Assembly (NCBI GenBank): GCA_964016885.1
Contig: OZ024764.1
Span: 20,522,001 to 20,586,000, forward strand
From: Eledone cirrhosa
Lineage: Eukaryota
Reading direction: 5' to 3'
Length of the DNA: 64,000 nt
Within the stretch, counting starts at the first letter, position 1, and each line of letters opens with the position of its first letter. Below, piece after piece: positions 63,930-64,000 of this stretch. The notes beneath the pieces are model-generated. The model had not been told where the DNA came from. It made no database searches and was given only the letters and a program-made list of their open reading frames with translations. The position numbers were made by a program, and so were the translations under genes.

Positions 63930-64000
63930 TGTTGGTGAGGAAAAGCTGGAAGTGGTGACATCTTTCTGCTACCTGTGTGACATGTCAGCTGGAAGTGGAG
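63930..64000 (+). mobile_element. Short RTE LINE fragment running off the window
   Basis: Translates to GEEKLEVVTSFCYLCDM, comparable to VETVDSFCYLGD at ~62575-62610. Confidence 0.55.

Overview
Eukaryotic, AT-rich genomic DNA, most likely from an octopus or another coleoid cephalopod. This is inferred from the KPYHCDICGKSFS-type C2H2 fingers, the RTE LINEs and the SINE cores; it is not proven. Bases 1 to ~37,990 are one uninterrupted satellite array of roughly 1,000 monomers. The 39-bp unit ATGTCACTAATAACTACTTTTATCAGTCAGTTTAATCTA is interleaved with a 35-bp variant, and the array shows nested higher-order duplications (offsets 542-6,553 bp). About 150 bp after the array is a splice acceptor and then a long exon encoding a 24-unit C2H2 zinc-finger protein whose first 16 fingers are nearly identical (an 84-bp coding minisatellite). 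The remaining 23 kb looks like a decaying ZNF gene cluster. It holds two truncated paralogous ZNF exons, two copies of a candidate promoter/first exon, and two local segmental duplications, one with an RTE LINE filled-site/empty-site pair. It also contains a Buster-type hAT transposon with an intact TSD, a 213-bp-arm foldback element with a nested hAT MITE, CR1/RTE/CRE-like LINE fragments, SINEs, minisatellites and a Penelope-like repeat carrying a type I hammerhead ribozyme motif. The many MSLITTFISQFNL ORFs are by-products of the satellite and are not treated as genes.
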